From the NCBI GenBank assembly GCA_011109175.1, contig RDEW01000001.1, positions 1,440,360 through 1,504,359 of the forward strand: a stretch of 64,000 nucleotides of DNA. The letters are read 5' to 3'. Source of the stretch: Dicyema japonicum. Taxonomy: Eukaryota > Animalia > Dicyemida. The first letter of the stretch is position 1. Each line of letters opens with the position of its first letter. Below, in pieces: positions 13,800 through 25,321 of this stretch. The position numbers were made by a program, and so were the translations under genes. The notes under the pieces were generated by a model. The model made no database searches. It had not been told where the DNA came from and saw only the letters and a list, made by a program, of their open reading frames with translations.

Positions 13800-13889
13800 A
13801 ACAAACTAGCACGTGTCGTAATTTTAAAATATTTATAATATAATTGAATAAATTATGTTAATTATAAAAAAGGACATGTGATTAGCCGC

Positions 13890-14151
13890 GTGGCGCCATG
13901 TGGTGTTGCGTGGTTAATTGGTTGAAGTTTTCTGCTTTCTTGTATGTTCCTCCTGTCTCTTCCTATTAGAGGGGCGTCATGTGATCATCCTGTCTAGGTG
14001 GCGCCCAGTGCCTGGCTGGCAGGAAAACGGATCATTTGCTCTCCTTCACTCCACTGGAGGGGTTTTCACAACTGCAAGTATGGACGTCTTTTTCCTTTTA
14101 GTTTTTTACTTTAACTTCTTTCTCGGTATATCGGGGGTTAATAAATAAATA
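13890..14151 (+). mobile_element. Short non-autonomous element copy A (head, HDV-like module, TAAA tail)
   Basis: Aligns by eye with 61017-61334 (minus) and 32470-32682; ends GGGGGTTAATAAATAAATA like the LINE tails. Confidence 0.75.
13972..14034 (+). ncRNA. HDV-like double-pseudoknot module, copy A (J4/2 C replaced by G, probably inactive)
   Basis: P1 GGGCGUC/GGCGCCC, J1/2 AUG, P2 UGAUC/GAUCA, P3 (U)CC/GGU, P4 UGCC/GGCA. Confidence 0.55.
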
Positions 14152-14444
14152 CGCAGCAAAATCCTTCAAACGCTTTCAGAGCTATATTTGGCGCTTCTCC
14201 GCCATATTTTGAAAATGTTATAAAAATGAGAATAGACTAACGCAAGGGTGTCAAAGATCATATGGCCCGCGACATAAGTCTAAAAGTGTATTTAAAATAA
14301 AATTGCATGCATCTAGAATTAATATTTAACACCAAATAAGAACACGAATAAAATCTAAATACAATAAAAAATTAGAACTCAAAAATAATTAATTGTTTAA
14401 TTATTTTATTTATTTTTATTTATTTATTTTTTTAAACATAGACG

Positions 14445-14860
14445 TTATGACAAAGGGTCTCAGGAAACTTAATATAATCAAACCTTTCTTGAAGTCCAAA
14501 CAGTCACAGGAATGCGCCCTCGTCGTGTTCAATCAACTCCTAAAACCGACGATTGAGTATGCTTGTGCCTCATGGGCCTATGGAGCTTAGATATCAAATT
14601 CACTCAAGATCAATTACCTAATTGGCAAACTAGCACATCTAACGAATCTACCCCCGATCTTTTCCCCTCAATACTTGACCACTCCGCAATCAAAAATAAT
14701 GGCTTCTGCTTCATCGGTCTGTGTGGCCAAGAAACAAGTCGTTTCTTTGTAAAATCATGTATTATGAAAGCTACTCAAATCATATGCCCTCGACCTGATT
14801 TCGCAAGCATTAATTAGCCTTACAAGAAACACTGTGGCGAATAGGATTTCGGTTGCATAA
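14445..14860 (+). mobile_element. 3' fragment of the 2A-LINE family
   Basis: KLNIIKPFL..LKPTIEYACASWAYG, the family C-terminal motif. Confidence 0.65.
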
Positions 14861-14864
14861 TCAA

Positions 14865-15195
14865 CTCAAGCCAAAAATTAGTTCATTCATTACATTTTCT
14901 GTTGCAAACGGGTGGAGACGGACAATTTCGATAAAGGATGAATCGTAAAAAAACAGATTGGCGTTCTTTGGGCATGTTGTCCGCTCTGATTCCCTTGAAA
15001 GAACCATTATGCTGAGCAATATTACTGGGAAGATAAGACCTGGCCGACCGAGGACTCGGTGGCTATCCACGGTGGAGGACGTCACGGGAATGCCTATATC
15101 AAGGCTACTCAAAATTGCAACGGATCGGGGAGAGTGGAGGAAACTCGTTCATGAGATCTCCAATGATCGGACACGACTTAATTGGACAACATAAA
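14865..15195 (+). mobile_element. RTE (BovB-like) LINE 3' end
   Basis: FFGHVVR..GRPRTRWL..DRGEWRKLVHEISNDRTRL, typical RTE C-terminus. Confidence 0.75.
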
Positions 15196-17099
15196 ATTTA
15201 CGAGAGCACTGACATTATGGATGTGGTTCAGTTAGCCATATTCATTCGTGGTGTGGACGAGAATTTGACGGTTACAGAGGAGTTCCTTGATTTGATACCT
15301 GTGGTGGACAACACTACGGCAAATGAAATATTCAAATCTCTCGTCAAAGTGTTGGATAATTTTGGAGTGGAATGAGCACGTAGTGTTAGTGTGGCTACAG
15401 ATGGTGTTCCATCAATGATTGGGAAAAAACTGGCGTTGTGGCTCAATTCAAAGAGAAGGTACAGGCTGCAAATGGAAGATGTGATTTTTGGATATTTCAC
15501 TGTATTTTGCACTAGGAGGTATTGCGCACCAAATCGTTAAAAATAAACCATGTAATGGGGGTGGTCGTCCGAACAGTAAATTTTATCCATGGCAGAGGTC
15601 TAAATCACCGTCAATTCGACAATTTTTTCAGCGATATTGGTTTTACTCACGGATTACCACATCATTCCGAAGTAAAGTGGTTAAGTCGAGGTGTGGTATT
15701 GAAGAGATTTTTTGATTTAAGAAAAGAAGAAAAACACTTCATATTTGCAAAAAACAACCATTACCAGAATTGGAATCCTTTGACAGTGGGAAACCCTGTG
15801 CATTTTCTTGTTTAAAAAGTGTAATTTCCCTCACATCTAGTGTTGACATGAATCGGTGTAAAGAGAAAATTACGAGATTGCTACGACAGTTTGAGACACG
15901 TTTTGAAATTTTCCGTGAACTTGAAATTATTTACTGCAAATATTGCTCATCTTCCAGCCAGTTTACAACTGGAAATTATTGATTTGAAATGTGACTCAGA
16001 TCTGAAAAATAAATTCACCATGGTGGGCTTAGGCAACTTTTATAAATATCTCTTGCCGAAGTATCCCAACTTAACAGCCCTAGCTGCGAAGATTTTGTCC
16101 ATGTTTGGGAGTACATATCTATGTGAACAACTGTTCTCTTTAATGAACATAAACAAAACAAGATTTCGTTCGAGGTTCACACAGTCATCTAAGTGAAATT
16201 CTAAAATTGACGGTAACCCAGTATTTTACACCAGATATTGACGCTATTATGAAGAAACAAAGATGTCAAGTTTCAAGAATTTATTTTAATTATAAAAATT
16301 AATAAATGCGTTGTTAAATGTTTTTAAATTATAAAAAAATAATAAAAAATATATACTGATGTCTACACAGGTAAATCTTGGGCGTCGCGGCATTTAAAAT
16401 AATGGGAGTAGTCTCTAGTCATCGTAAACAAATTAGCACACAATTACGTGTAAGACTAAACAATGCCTTCGTGAAAACGGTTTTAAAGTACAACGCTGCA
16501 ACCTGGTGAGTCTCACAAGCGATAATGGACACACTAGGGAGTGCGGAAAAAAGGTTAAACGGAAAAAAAGTCAAGTTGTCTTTTTTTAGTTTACATCGCA
16601 TTTTTGTGCATCTTTTAATTTTTAACAATTTTTTCAACACTTGACTTTTTTTTCAATTATCTTAAATTTTCCCTTCTAAATTTTCGAAATTTAGTCAAAA
16701 CGGAATAAAGTCAAGTCCGTGATTATGTTAACGGACTTGACGGGTTTACCACCTCATCCATAATTAATCCCGTTTGGGTCCTAAAAACCCGCTTTCAGCT
16801 GGACAGTTTGAGGAATTCTAATAAGACCATAGTCGCCTTTTTCAGGAAAATTTACTAAAACGAAGGAATGAAGGCTTATTACCATGGGCCGTCCGCCACG
16901 TATTTGGAAATCACGAAAACTGTCATATTTTTCCCTTTACGAGCATTTTTGTGAGATATTTATTTCACAAAAGGAGGAGGTTTTTATGTTTTAAGTAACT
17001 ATATTGAATAAATTGAATTTTTGTTATAAATTTAATTGTTTTTGCTCATTTGTGGTTAGTGAAAAATAATTCAAGGAATATGTGGAATATTATTCTCAG

Positions 17100-18190
17100 A
17101 TTTGCGCCACAAAACCCCCCGAGATCACCGAGAAGGTTGTTAAAAACGCTAATTAGGATATTTTCTATTTTATTACAATTTCTAGATTATCTCAATATTC
17201 CCTACCTCCATACGTTCTACCTCCAACTGCTTCAGATAACTTTTGTGATACTTTGTTGCAATTCCTTCCCACATCAATACTGTTGGAATAACGAGGACCT
17301 TGCAACCAAGCATCTGCCTTATCTCGTTTGCAAGCAAGTCATACTTCCTTTTTTTAATCTATTTCCACAGTCTGCAAACGGTCTTGAGACGTAATGCAAC
17401 CTCTATGATAAGGACTCGGCCAGACTCCTCATCGTGTACTACAATGTCCGGTTTATTGTGCTTGACTAGCACCGAGGTACGGATAACACTGTCTTCCTAA
17501 ATTTGGATTCTGGTGTTCTCTAATACAGATTGCACCTTAGGAGTCCGCAAATTTATGATGTGGCGAATGCCATACTTATTGCAGAGTAGAAGATCAAGAC
17601 TCATTACTGCCTCCACACATAGTCATGGCAGATTATGGATCCGCACCGCGAAATTTCTGGAACCAAAAATAGCAAATTTGGGTGAGTTTACAGTATCATA
17701 ATTCGATCAACGCTCTCACATTTACTAGCCAACCATCATCAACATCATACTAAACCAATAAAAGAGGTCAGATAGTGCCCAGGTGGGTTGCCCTTGTTTT
17801 CCCGGTCGTTGTTTTGACGTGCTTCCTATCAGACACATTTGACCTAGCTATCCGGGTGTTGTGCAATCGCATTAGGATACGCTTACTAGTTGGACTAGTC
17901 CACACAGTCCACGGCCGAATTATCACGGGGTAAATATAGTCTCTTCATATTAGCTGCCAGCACATGGACATGGTTCTCTTTGAGTACTCTACATATTATA
18001 ACATACATCTTATCATACTCTTTGGGCTAAAGTTCACAACACCTATGTAGTAATTTAGCTTCGAGACAGCATACTTATTAATTGCTAGGAACAAATTCCT
18101 TGCATTTAGAGACGTCTTTCATAATAATGCTGCTCATTTACAAATGCCTTCAGTAATTTGTCGCTTTGTATAGGCATTATAGGCATTATA
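17100..18190 (-). mobile_element. R4/NeSL-like RLE non-LTR retrotransposon, 3' part
   Basis: LNARNLFLAINKYAVSKLNYY..RLYLPR; QLCNKYGI..HNKPDIVVHD..IIEV..KRKYDLLANE..MWEGIATKYH (PD-D/ExK endonuclease). Confidence 0.8.
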
Positions 18191-18218
18191 AGGGAGGTCG
18201 GAAATTATAAGTTAAACG

Positions 18219-18295
18219 TGGCGTCATGTGGTCTACCAGTCACAACGTATCTGGAGGCGCTCAGGGTGCACCTAATGCACCTAGGAAAAGGACCA
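18219..18295 (+). ncRNA. HDV-like ribozyme candidate at the LINE 5' end (copy E)
   Basis: P1 GGCGUC/GGCGCU with first-pair G.U, J1/2 AUG, P2 UGGUCU/GGACCA, P3 CCAG/CUGG, P4 GUGCA/UGCAC, J4/2 starts CUAG. Confidence 0.6.
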
Positions 18296-18375
18296 TTTGC
18301 TCACCGCCATCCGAAGTTGGTTCCTTCGGACGGCTTCCTTCAACTCTTCTCCCATCAACTCTCAATGGAATCCAT

Positions 18376-18413
18376 CTACTACTCTCTGGCGACATCGAGC
18401 TCAATTAGGTCCC
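18376..18413 (+). other. 2A-like StopGo motif LLLSGDIELN-[P]GP, disrupted by a 1-nt loss
   Basis: CTA CTA CTC TCT GGC GAC ATC GAG CTC AAT TA GGT CCC matches D(V/I)ExNPGP directly before the APE domain. Confidence 0.8.
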
Positions 18414-20999
18414 CAACTTTCAATTCTGCAGATTAACATCAACGGAATAAAGAGCAAAATTCTCGAATTACGATCCTTCACAAACAACCAAAACATTGAC
18501 GTGATCCTGCTTCAAGAAAGGAAGTTAACTCAGTTCGCGACTACTCCTCTTTTTCTAGGTTTCGACTGCATCCGCCTTGATCACCCGAACCGCCTCGGTA
18601 AAGGCCTTCTTACCATCATCAGTGAGAACCTTCTTTATTCTGACATATCCGCTGAACTTAAGTTGCTAACTAACGATGGGACAGCGGTAATCTTCGGAAT
18701 TTCAATATCAAACGGATCAAGTACTCTAAAAATTGCTAACATATATGTCCCTCCTCCGTCCTCTTGCCCGAAAGGATTCATGTTGGACTTATCCAGACTA
18801 AACAACATAGAAAACCTAATACTTTGTGGAGATTTTAATGCAAAGCATCCTGCCTGGTTTAAATCACAAACAACTGACTCAAGAGGACTATCCTTAATAA
18901 ACCAACTCTCCTCCATGACAATCCTAGCACAGCCCCACTATGCACACGAAAACTCCATTCAAGGAAGGTGATTCATCTACATCCCCCGACATCACTTTCT
19001 GTTCATCAACTCTTGGACCCAACATTTCATGGACAGTACATTACGGATTATCCTCCGATCATAATCCAATAATCATTCGATTCAAAAAAATTCTCTATCA
19101 TCCAAAAACAACTGTTACTTTCTTCAACTACAAAAAAACAAATTGGGACGGCTACTCAAAACATGTTGATCAGGCTCTACTTTGCTTTGACTTGAACATA
19201 TTTCGTTCTTTGATGAGGCCTCGACCATTTGAACAAAATAATTCTTGATGCTCGTAGTAGATTTATCCCTCGTGGAAGGTTCAAATACTACAACGATATT
19301 TTGGATCAGAATACCAAATCACTAATCAGAGAAAAAAACCGCTTGAAAAGACACGTACCTCCCCTCCCGGGACAGAAATCCCAGACAAAGTCTCTCAATG
19401 ATGAAATTTCAAGAAGGATCAGAGGGGCTGAAGCAAACAAGTAGGAAAAGCGAATCTGCTCTCCAATTTCAGAAATCTGCCCAGATGGTCTGGAAGGCAA
19501 TAAAAAGACTTGGCCCTAAAGAAAACTCCACCTCGAAACAAATGACAGACCAACACAGCTTAACTAAACTAATGAAGTATTATACTAGTATAAGTCACAA
19601 AACCTTCAAGAAAATGGATGGACCCTCTTTGTTCTCGATGAGACTTAAAAGAATCCCGCCAATCACCTTTATTTCTCATTCAAACGTATTCGAAGGCTTA
19701 AAGATGATTAATCCCTCCCGCTTTTGTGGTCCTGATGGCATCCCTTCAATACTTCTTAAACACCTTGGACCGGTTACTATTGGGGTAATCTTTCTTAGTT
19801 TCAACTATTCTTTGAACATGAATTCCATCCTTACGATTTGGGAACCTTCCCACATACGCCCAATACCAAAACCTGGCAAGGACAAAAACAATTCCGCTTC
19901 ATACCGACCATTTTTTCTATTATCTATTATGTTCATTTTCAAAATTATTGGAAAAACTGGTACTTGATCTCATTTCCCCGTTCCTTCCTATCAGTTCCTC
20001 TCAACATGGCTTCAGAAAGTTCTATTCAACGTCCACCCACCTTACTTCTCTCAATCAATTTATCCTTGATGGCTTCAACTCAAGTCCTCGTCATCTCAAA
20101 ACCATCGTCTGCTCTGGGATCTGCGTAAAGCCTTTGACTCTCTCTCCAGGAAAATCTTAACCAGGAAATTATTTGGACTCTCCATTAACCCCAATCTAAA
20201 ACTCTGGCTTTCGAATTTCCTCAGCGGGAAAGGGCCCGGGTTTGTATGTATGGGACCAAATCACTTTCGAGACTACTTCCCAATGGTGTTCCGCAAGGCT
20301 CTCTTTTGTCCCCCGCCTTATTCAACCTTTTTATGTCCGATTTGCCACGATCAGTTGATAAAGACTATCTTCTCCTTTCCTAAGATGATGAAATTCTAAT
20401 TGGATTCCGTGACCTAAAAGCCTCAGAAAGAGTTCAAAAACAACTACACGTGATTCAAAATTGGTTAATCATAACAGACTTGATATATTTCCTGAGATGT
20501 CCTCACATTCCTATTTACCTCAGACAAACGTCTTGGAAGAATGACTGTTTATTTATTTATCAACCAAACTAAAATACCTTTTAAGTAGAAATTGAAAATC
20601 TTAGGAGTCGCCTTTGACACGAATATGACCTTATCCCCTCATGTTGAATATACCTCCGGAACCTGCTCAAGAAAGCTTGGTTTGTTCAAATTTATTTTTG
20701 GGGGCATCAGAACTCCTTTCCCAGCAATGAAACTACTAGATAAACAATTCATTGAGCCATCTATCAGCTACGCCTGTGCGTCTTGGGGAATCAACTTATC
20801 CTAGACGAACAAACATAAAATCAGTGATATTCAGTCCCTATCAGCTACAACTATCGGCAAGCTCGTGAAAACAGTCAGTCTCACACCCACTTCTATGGAA
20901 GACCTTATCGGACAAAATGGGAAGGGATTCGCCGCTCTGTGCCGAAGATCCAATCTTCCTAAAATGCTCTAATGGATTGTGTCTTACTAGAAGACTTTA

Positions 21000-21400
21000 C
21001 ATAACTCCTTTTGTATTTCTTTCAAAACCCTCCCGTCCTCAGAGAAGCTGTGTTGGATCTCGGAAGGTCCACCGGAAAAAGATGAGCATTTGAACTGTAC
21101 TCAATGGCTCCAAACAGAGAACAAAAAGCAGCGGAGACATGGTATCCCCCTGAAGGATCCCCCTCTTGAGTTTTACTTTGCCTATCCAGTGTATACTATA
21201 GTTCAGATGAATACTCCAGCTATTCATCACGGCCACTACAAAAGTAATGAACCACACAGGCATACAATGCATGTGTATGCACTCTACAAGGTAAAAATGA
21301 TCAACTGAATCGTAAGCCTTCTTCACATCGACTCACATAGACAAAAGTGAGTTTCCGTGAGACACAGAAAGGCACTTGTTTATCAAAGCCTACTTTTTTG
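21000..21400 (-). mobile_element. RT portion of the same RLE element, separated from its 3' part by LINE copy E
   Basis: KKAYDSVDH..RGILQGDTMSPLLFVLCLEPLS. Confidence 0.8.
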
Positions 21401-21639
21401 CCCCCTGACAATTTCGCACTAGATCGCTGGCAAAGAGATGAAATCAGAAGTTATCAAGCTAGTAAATGTCGTTTACAGCAGTCTAAATGTAATTAACCTA
21501 TGTAATGATGCTTACTTTTAGAACAACTTTCAATAATTAGTCAACGGCAGCATAAAAGCATTGTCTTGCTAATTTATGCCATTGCACAATTTCATTGCGT
21601 CCAGTCAAGATTCTAATTCAGATAAGTTAATTATAAACT

Positions 21640-21900
21640 TTCAAAATCTATTCAAAATTATGAAAATACATTCAGTAGTCAAAATGGTCCGGCATTTTAA
21701 ATTTATCAAGGAATTGTAGCTAAAGAATGGGTTTTTAACAAGAAGGAAGCGTTGTTTAAAAATCCTTGGTTTCGGTCAAACTGAAGACTGTCAGTAGTAT
21801 AGATTGTTATAGTCTCTTTTGAATTAAATCTGAAGCCGAACTAGGTTAAAATATTGTCAAGATGTTCTTAGAAAACTTAAAAGCTGTGATTATATCTCAG
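21640..21900 (+). mobile_element. Possible decayed Gypsy-type integrase fragment
   Basis: SQNGPAF and GQTE-like motifs only, many stops. Confidence 0.3.
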
Positions 21901-22640
21901 AGACGTAAGAAAGGAGAAGTTTGTCATAGTTTTTCGTTAAAATTGATCGGAGATTAACTAGGCAGAAAAGGGCCGAGCCTTAAGATAGTTCGTATAAAGA
22001 AAGTAGTCTAACATAATAGAAGGACCTTCCTAAGTTGTCAAAATGGAAATTGAATAACCACATTCGCCAACTGATCGGAATCGTCGTTGCACAGATCATA
22101 ACTCAATAAACCTACCAAACATATGGTGATACCAAATGATTCACTATTCGCTCTAGAGGTTATTAAATTTAATCATGTAAGTTTTGATATTGATTTTTAA
22201 AATTCAAGAAAAACAGTTTCAATGCACGAATGAAAAAAATTTAGAAGATCCCTTTTTCCCTCAGGACTTAAAAGCAGTGACGTCTAGCGAAACTCCTCGG
22301 AATAGTTGTTCGATTAAATGCAGTATAACTCATTCAGAAATTTGGGAAATACTAACAAGAAGTAAATAAGTCAGTTAAAAAAGGGATTGTAATCATCGGG
22401 TTTGGTTTCAAAATTCTCGTGGATTTTGAAACATTCAAATCGACCCCATGTTAATAGACCGATGAATTGGGATATTGTCTATTCTATTGCAATTAATTCA
22501 CGAGTTTATGATATATTTTCACATGTTAGGATGGGAGGCAAAGATTAGGTCAAATTTTTGAGAATATAATCTCAATTTTGAAAATTATTTGGATGAATTT
22601 ATGCATGCTGCTAATAACAATAATTTTAATATAGGTCAAA

Positions 22641-23720
22641 CTAACATTTTTTTAAATTTTTAAATAATTTTTTTATCAAATTTCCGTCCAATTCGTAGAT
22701 TGAAATATATTTGTCAAATTTGCAGATATTATATTCTTCCTCAAAAATAAACTGATTTTTTGTAAGCAATGTAATATTATTGTGTATTCTACAGATACCT
22801 GTAATAGTTTAAAATCACTCAACCTGAAAAGTAAACATCTTCGATTCTAATTTTAGTATAATCTTTGCAGTTACTCAGGATTGGATAAATACATTCCTTA
22901 GACATTAAATACATGTAGTTTAAAATCACTCAACCTGAAAAGTAAACATCTTCGATTCTAATTTTAGTATAATCTTTGCAGTTACTCAGGATTGGATAAA
23001 TACATTCCTTAGACATTAAATACATGTGTCCTGAACAATAATCTGGATAGGTTGAATGTTGGTAATCAGCATAAGAAAGATACCTTGATTAAGATATTAA
23101 AGGAAACCATTCACTTTCATTAACTCTTACCGGTTCAAACCCACTATTAATCGCACAAAACATGAAGGGACTCTGTTCTATCGGCTTGTTGTACACGTTT
23201 TGTTCGAAAAAATGAATAATATTGTCAATGTTTAAAAATACGTCGTCATCAATTTTTATGAAATGATCAAAAAATATAAACTCATAAAATGCCCACATGA
23301 GTGCACTTCTAACTTTTATAGTCAAATTTCTATAATTTTCATGAAAATCCTTGAAAATGATATCATTGTTAATTTCTTGTTCGTTTTTTGTTATCTTTAA
23401 TGTATTTCTCTCCATATTTTGTCCCATAAAGAAGATAAGTTTAGAATTTATTTTTTCCATCATTTTTGCATTCCCCCAAGTCTCCCTTATTGCATTTCTT
23501 TCCTCCACGTTGCTTGGATCTAATTGATAAATTCAAATTTAACGCGAAATCACGACGAATAAAAACTTATATCTTTGATAATAAACGTATTTTGTCTTTC
23601 CTCTGAAAACGATAATAATCGAGGCCAACTGAAAATGTCAAATATTAACTACAGTGAGAAATACTAGTATCTTTTGTAATTTGTCCTTTAGTAGATCGTG
23701 CAAAATTATCTTGAACGGCC
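22641..23720 (-). CDS. GT31 beta-1,3-galactosyltransferase-like protein (5' end unresolved, internal exon duplication)
   Basis: RNAIRETWG..DIIFKDFHENYRNLTIKV..FIKIDDDVFLN..YPDYCSGHMYLMS..IEDVYFSGIC; introns of 24 and 25 nt. Confidence 0.8.
22805..23026. repeat. Exact 111-bp tandem duplication inside the GT31 gene
   Basis: 22805-22915 is identical to 22916-23026. Confidence 0.9.
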
Positions 23721-24599
23721 AAATTGTACATTGTGATTTTTGATTTAAAATTTTGACATTCGTGTCCGTTGAAACAAACATTCAAAATAAAATAAATATG
23801 TTAACTCAACTTGTGGACGATTATAATTTAGGTCAACTTTTATTTCTATTCTAAAATTTTATTCAAGATAAATTTTAAACTTACAATTTAATTAACTAAA
23901 ACCAAAGATAATCAATTGTAATTAATAAACACTATGCAATCTGAATTCTTCTTTATATAAAGGTCATAAAATTATATTATAAAAAATATAAGTTAAAAAA
24001 TATACGATCTCTAATGAAATAGCCTTGATTTTCAGTATTTAATACAAATGAGAATAGTAGATTTCTTCGCTCTTGACGAGAGGAATCTGAGCTATCAAAA
24101 GTCGAAGTGAATCAATTTCTTTGTCTTAAAGATATTTCAATAAAAATTTTTATTTATTTTCACGCATCTGTGTTGCTTAGGTTCTGACGGGTGACATCTT
24201 AAACGGTGAATTTCTCTTGTGATGAAGTTACTTTAGTACAATATAACCTAGGAATAGCATTTAAAAGGCAGGTTTTGAATTTGAAGCAATTACGACAAAT
24301 CTGACAATGTTGGATATCTCACTGATCGGAGTCTAAATTATAGCATCTGGATTGCTGATAATAATTATGTTGTTACTTCAGATAAGATACATTTAAGCCT
24401 GTACGTGAAAGCAAAATACATTTTTTAAATATGCATGCACATCGCGATCAATAAAAAAACACATTAATGTTTTTTTACAGATAACATTGGTTTCTTTAGT
24501 AATGAACAACGTACCAATAAACTCAAAGATTACAAGGTACATAATTATGGTTGATTTAACTAAACAACATTGTAAAAGAAGGGCTCTTTCGCTGATACG

Positions 24600-24850
24600 T
24601 CGATGCGTCGTAGGTCTGATTATCATTCGTGGTCAGTGAGATATTGAGTACCCATATAAATAAACGAATGGATCTGGATGTCCCAGTTTACCCACCCATG
24701 CAGGACATTTTGCCTCTGACCCTCCCGATGGACCTCGACGGTGATTTTCAAAAGTTCAAGAGACGCTTCAGTGAAATAGATGATCTGGATGGACTACTTG
24801 AGCTTGCTTATGACAAGGGCAAGTGGAGGAAGATGACCTAGCTGCTAGTT
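24600..24850 (+). mobile_element. RTEX-like LINE 3' end
   Basis: TLPMDLDGD..DLDGLLELAYDKGKWRKMT*, homologous to 48290-48500. Confidence 0.6.
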
Positions 24851-25321
24851 TTTTTAGGTTACGTATGCTTTTTCATTACCATTGCAGGACTAGGGTGCTG
24901 AATGATAACAATATAAATGAAAATTTTTTAGACCTTTTTTGAAAATCGTGGAAATGACTCAAAATGTAATTCTTCTAATGGTAAAACACAACATGGTAAC
25001 AGGCTTATTTGGTAACAGACGTACCATGAAGTAAAATTCTTTATAGTACAAAAACTGCTCTGAATAAATGACCATGAAAATTCATAAACTAATTTGAGGC
25101 TAATATTATGGCTAAAGTGGTATTGAAAAACCTGAACTCAAAATTTTGAACTAAGATACCCAATTTTGAAGAGTTGATCTGAGGAAATGCCCATACCTGT
25201 TTAGCAACAGCCTTATCATCGTTTAGTGTTACTCATAGGATTCCTCCATGTTCTTCTTATAGTCTTTCATTACCGGAAGATGTTCATAATGTCAAATGTA
25301 ATCTACAATCGTTATAAAATG

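Larger units (their letters stand above)
14243..16290 (+). mobile_element. hAT (SPIN/GTF2IRD2-like) transposon remnant, interrupted by two LINE fragments
   Basis: Left-end-like CAAGGGTGTCAAA..GGCCCGCG at 14243; transposase from about 15195: ESTDIMDVVQLAIFIRGVD..ATDGVPSMIG..FHCILH..EVKWLSRG..SMFGSTYLCEQLFS; stops and frameshifts; right TIR not found. Confidence 0.8.
18217..20990 (+). mobile_element. Ingi/L1Tc-like APE-RT LINE copy E (ribozyme-like 5' end, 2A, APE, RT), about 2.8 kb, decayed
   Basis: ILQININGI..ILLQE..GDFNAKHPAW..SPDITF..SSDHNPI; GPDGIP; IPKPGKD..SYRP; SQHGFR; GVPQGSLLSP; YACASWG. No ORF1, RNase H or C-terminal CCHC finger seen. Confidence 0.9.

Noticed and set aside
13805-13815. 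CACGTG E-box near RPS17 and PSMD3 starts as a shared promoter motif
   Set aside because: Absent at comparable positions for the other genes and frequent elsewhere in the window.
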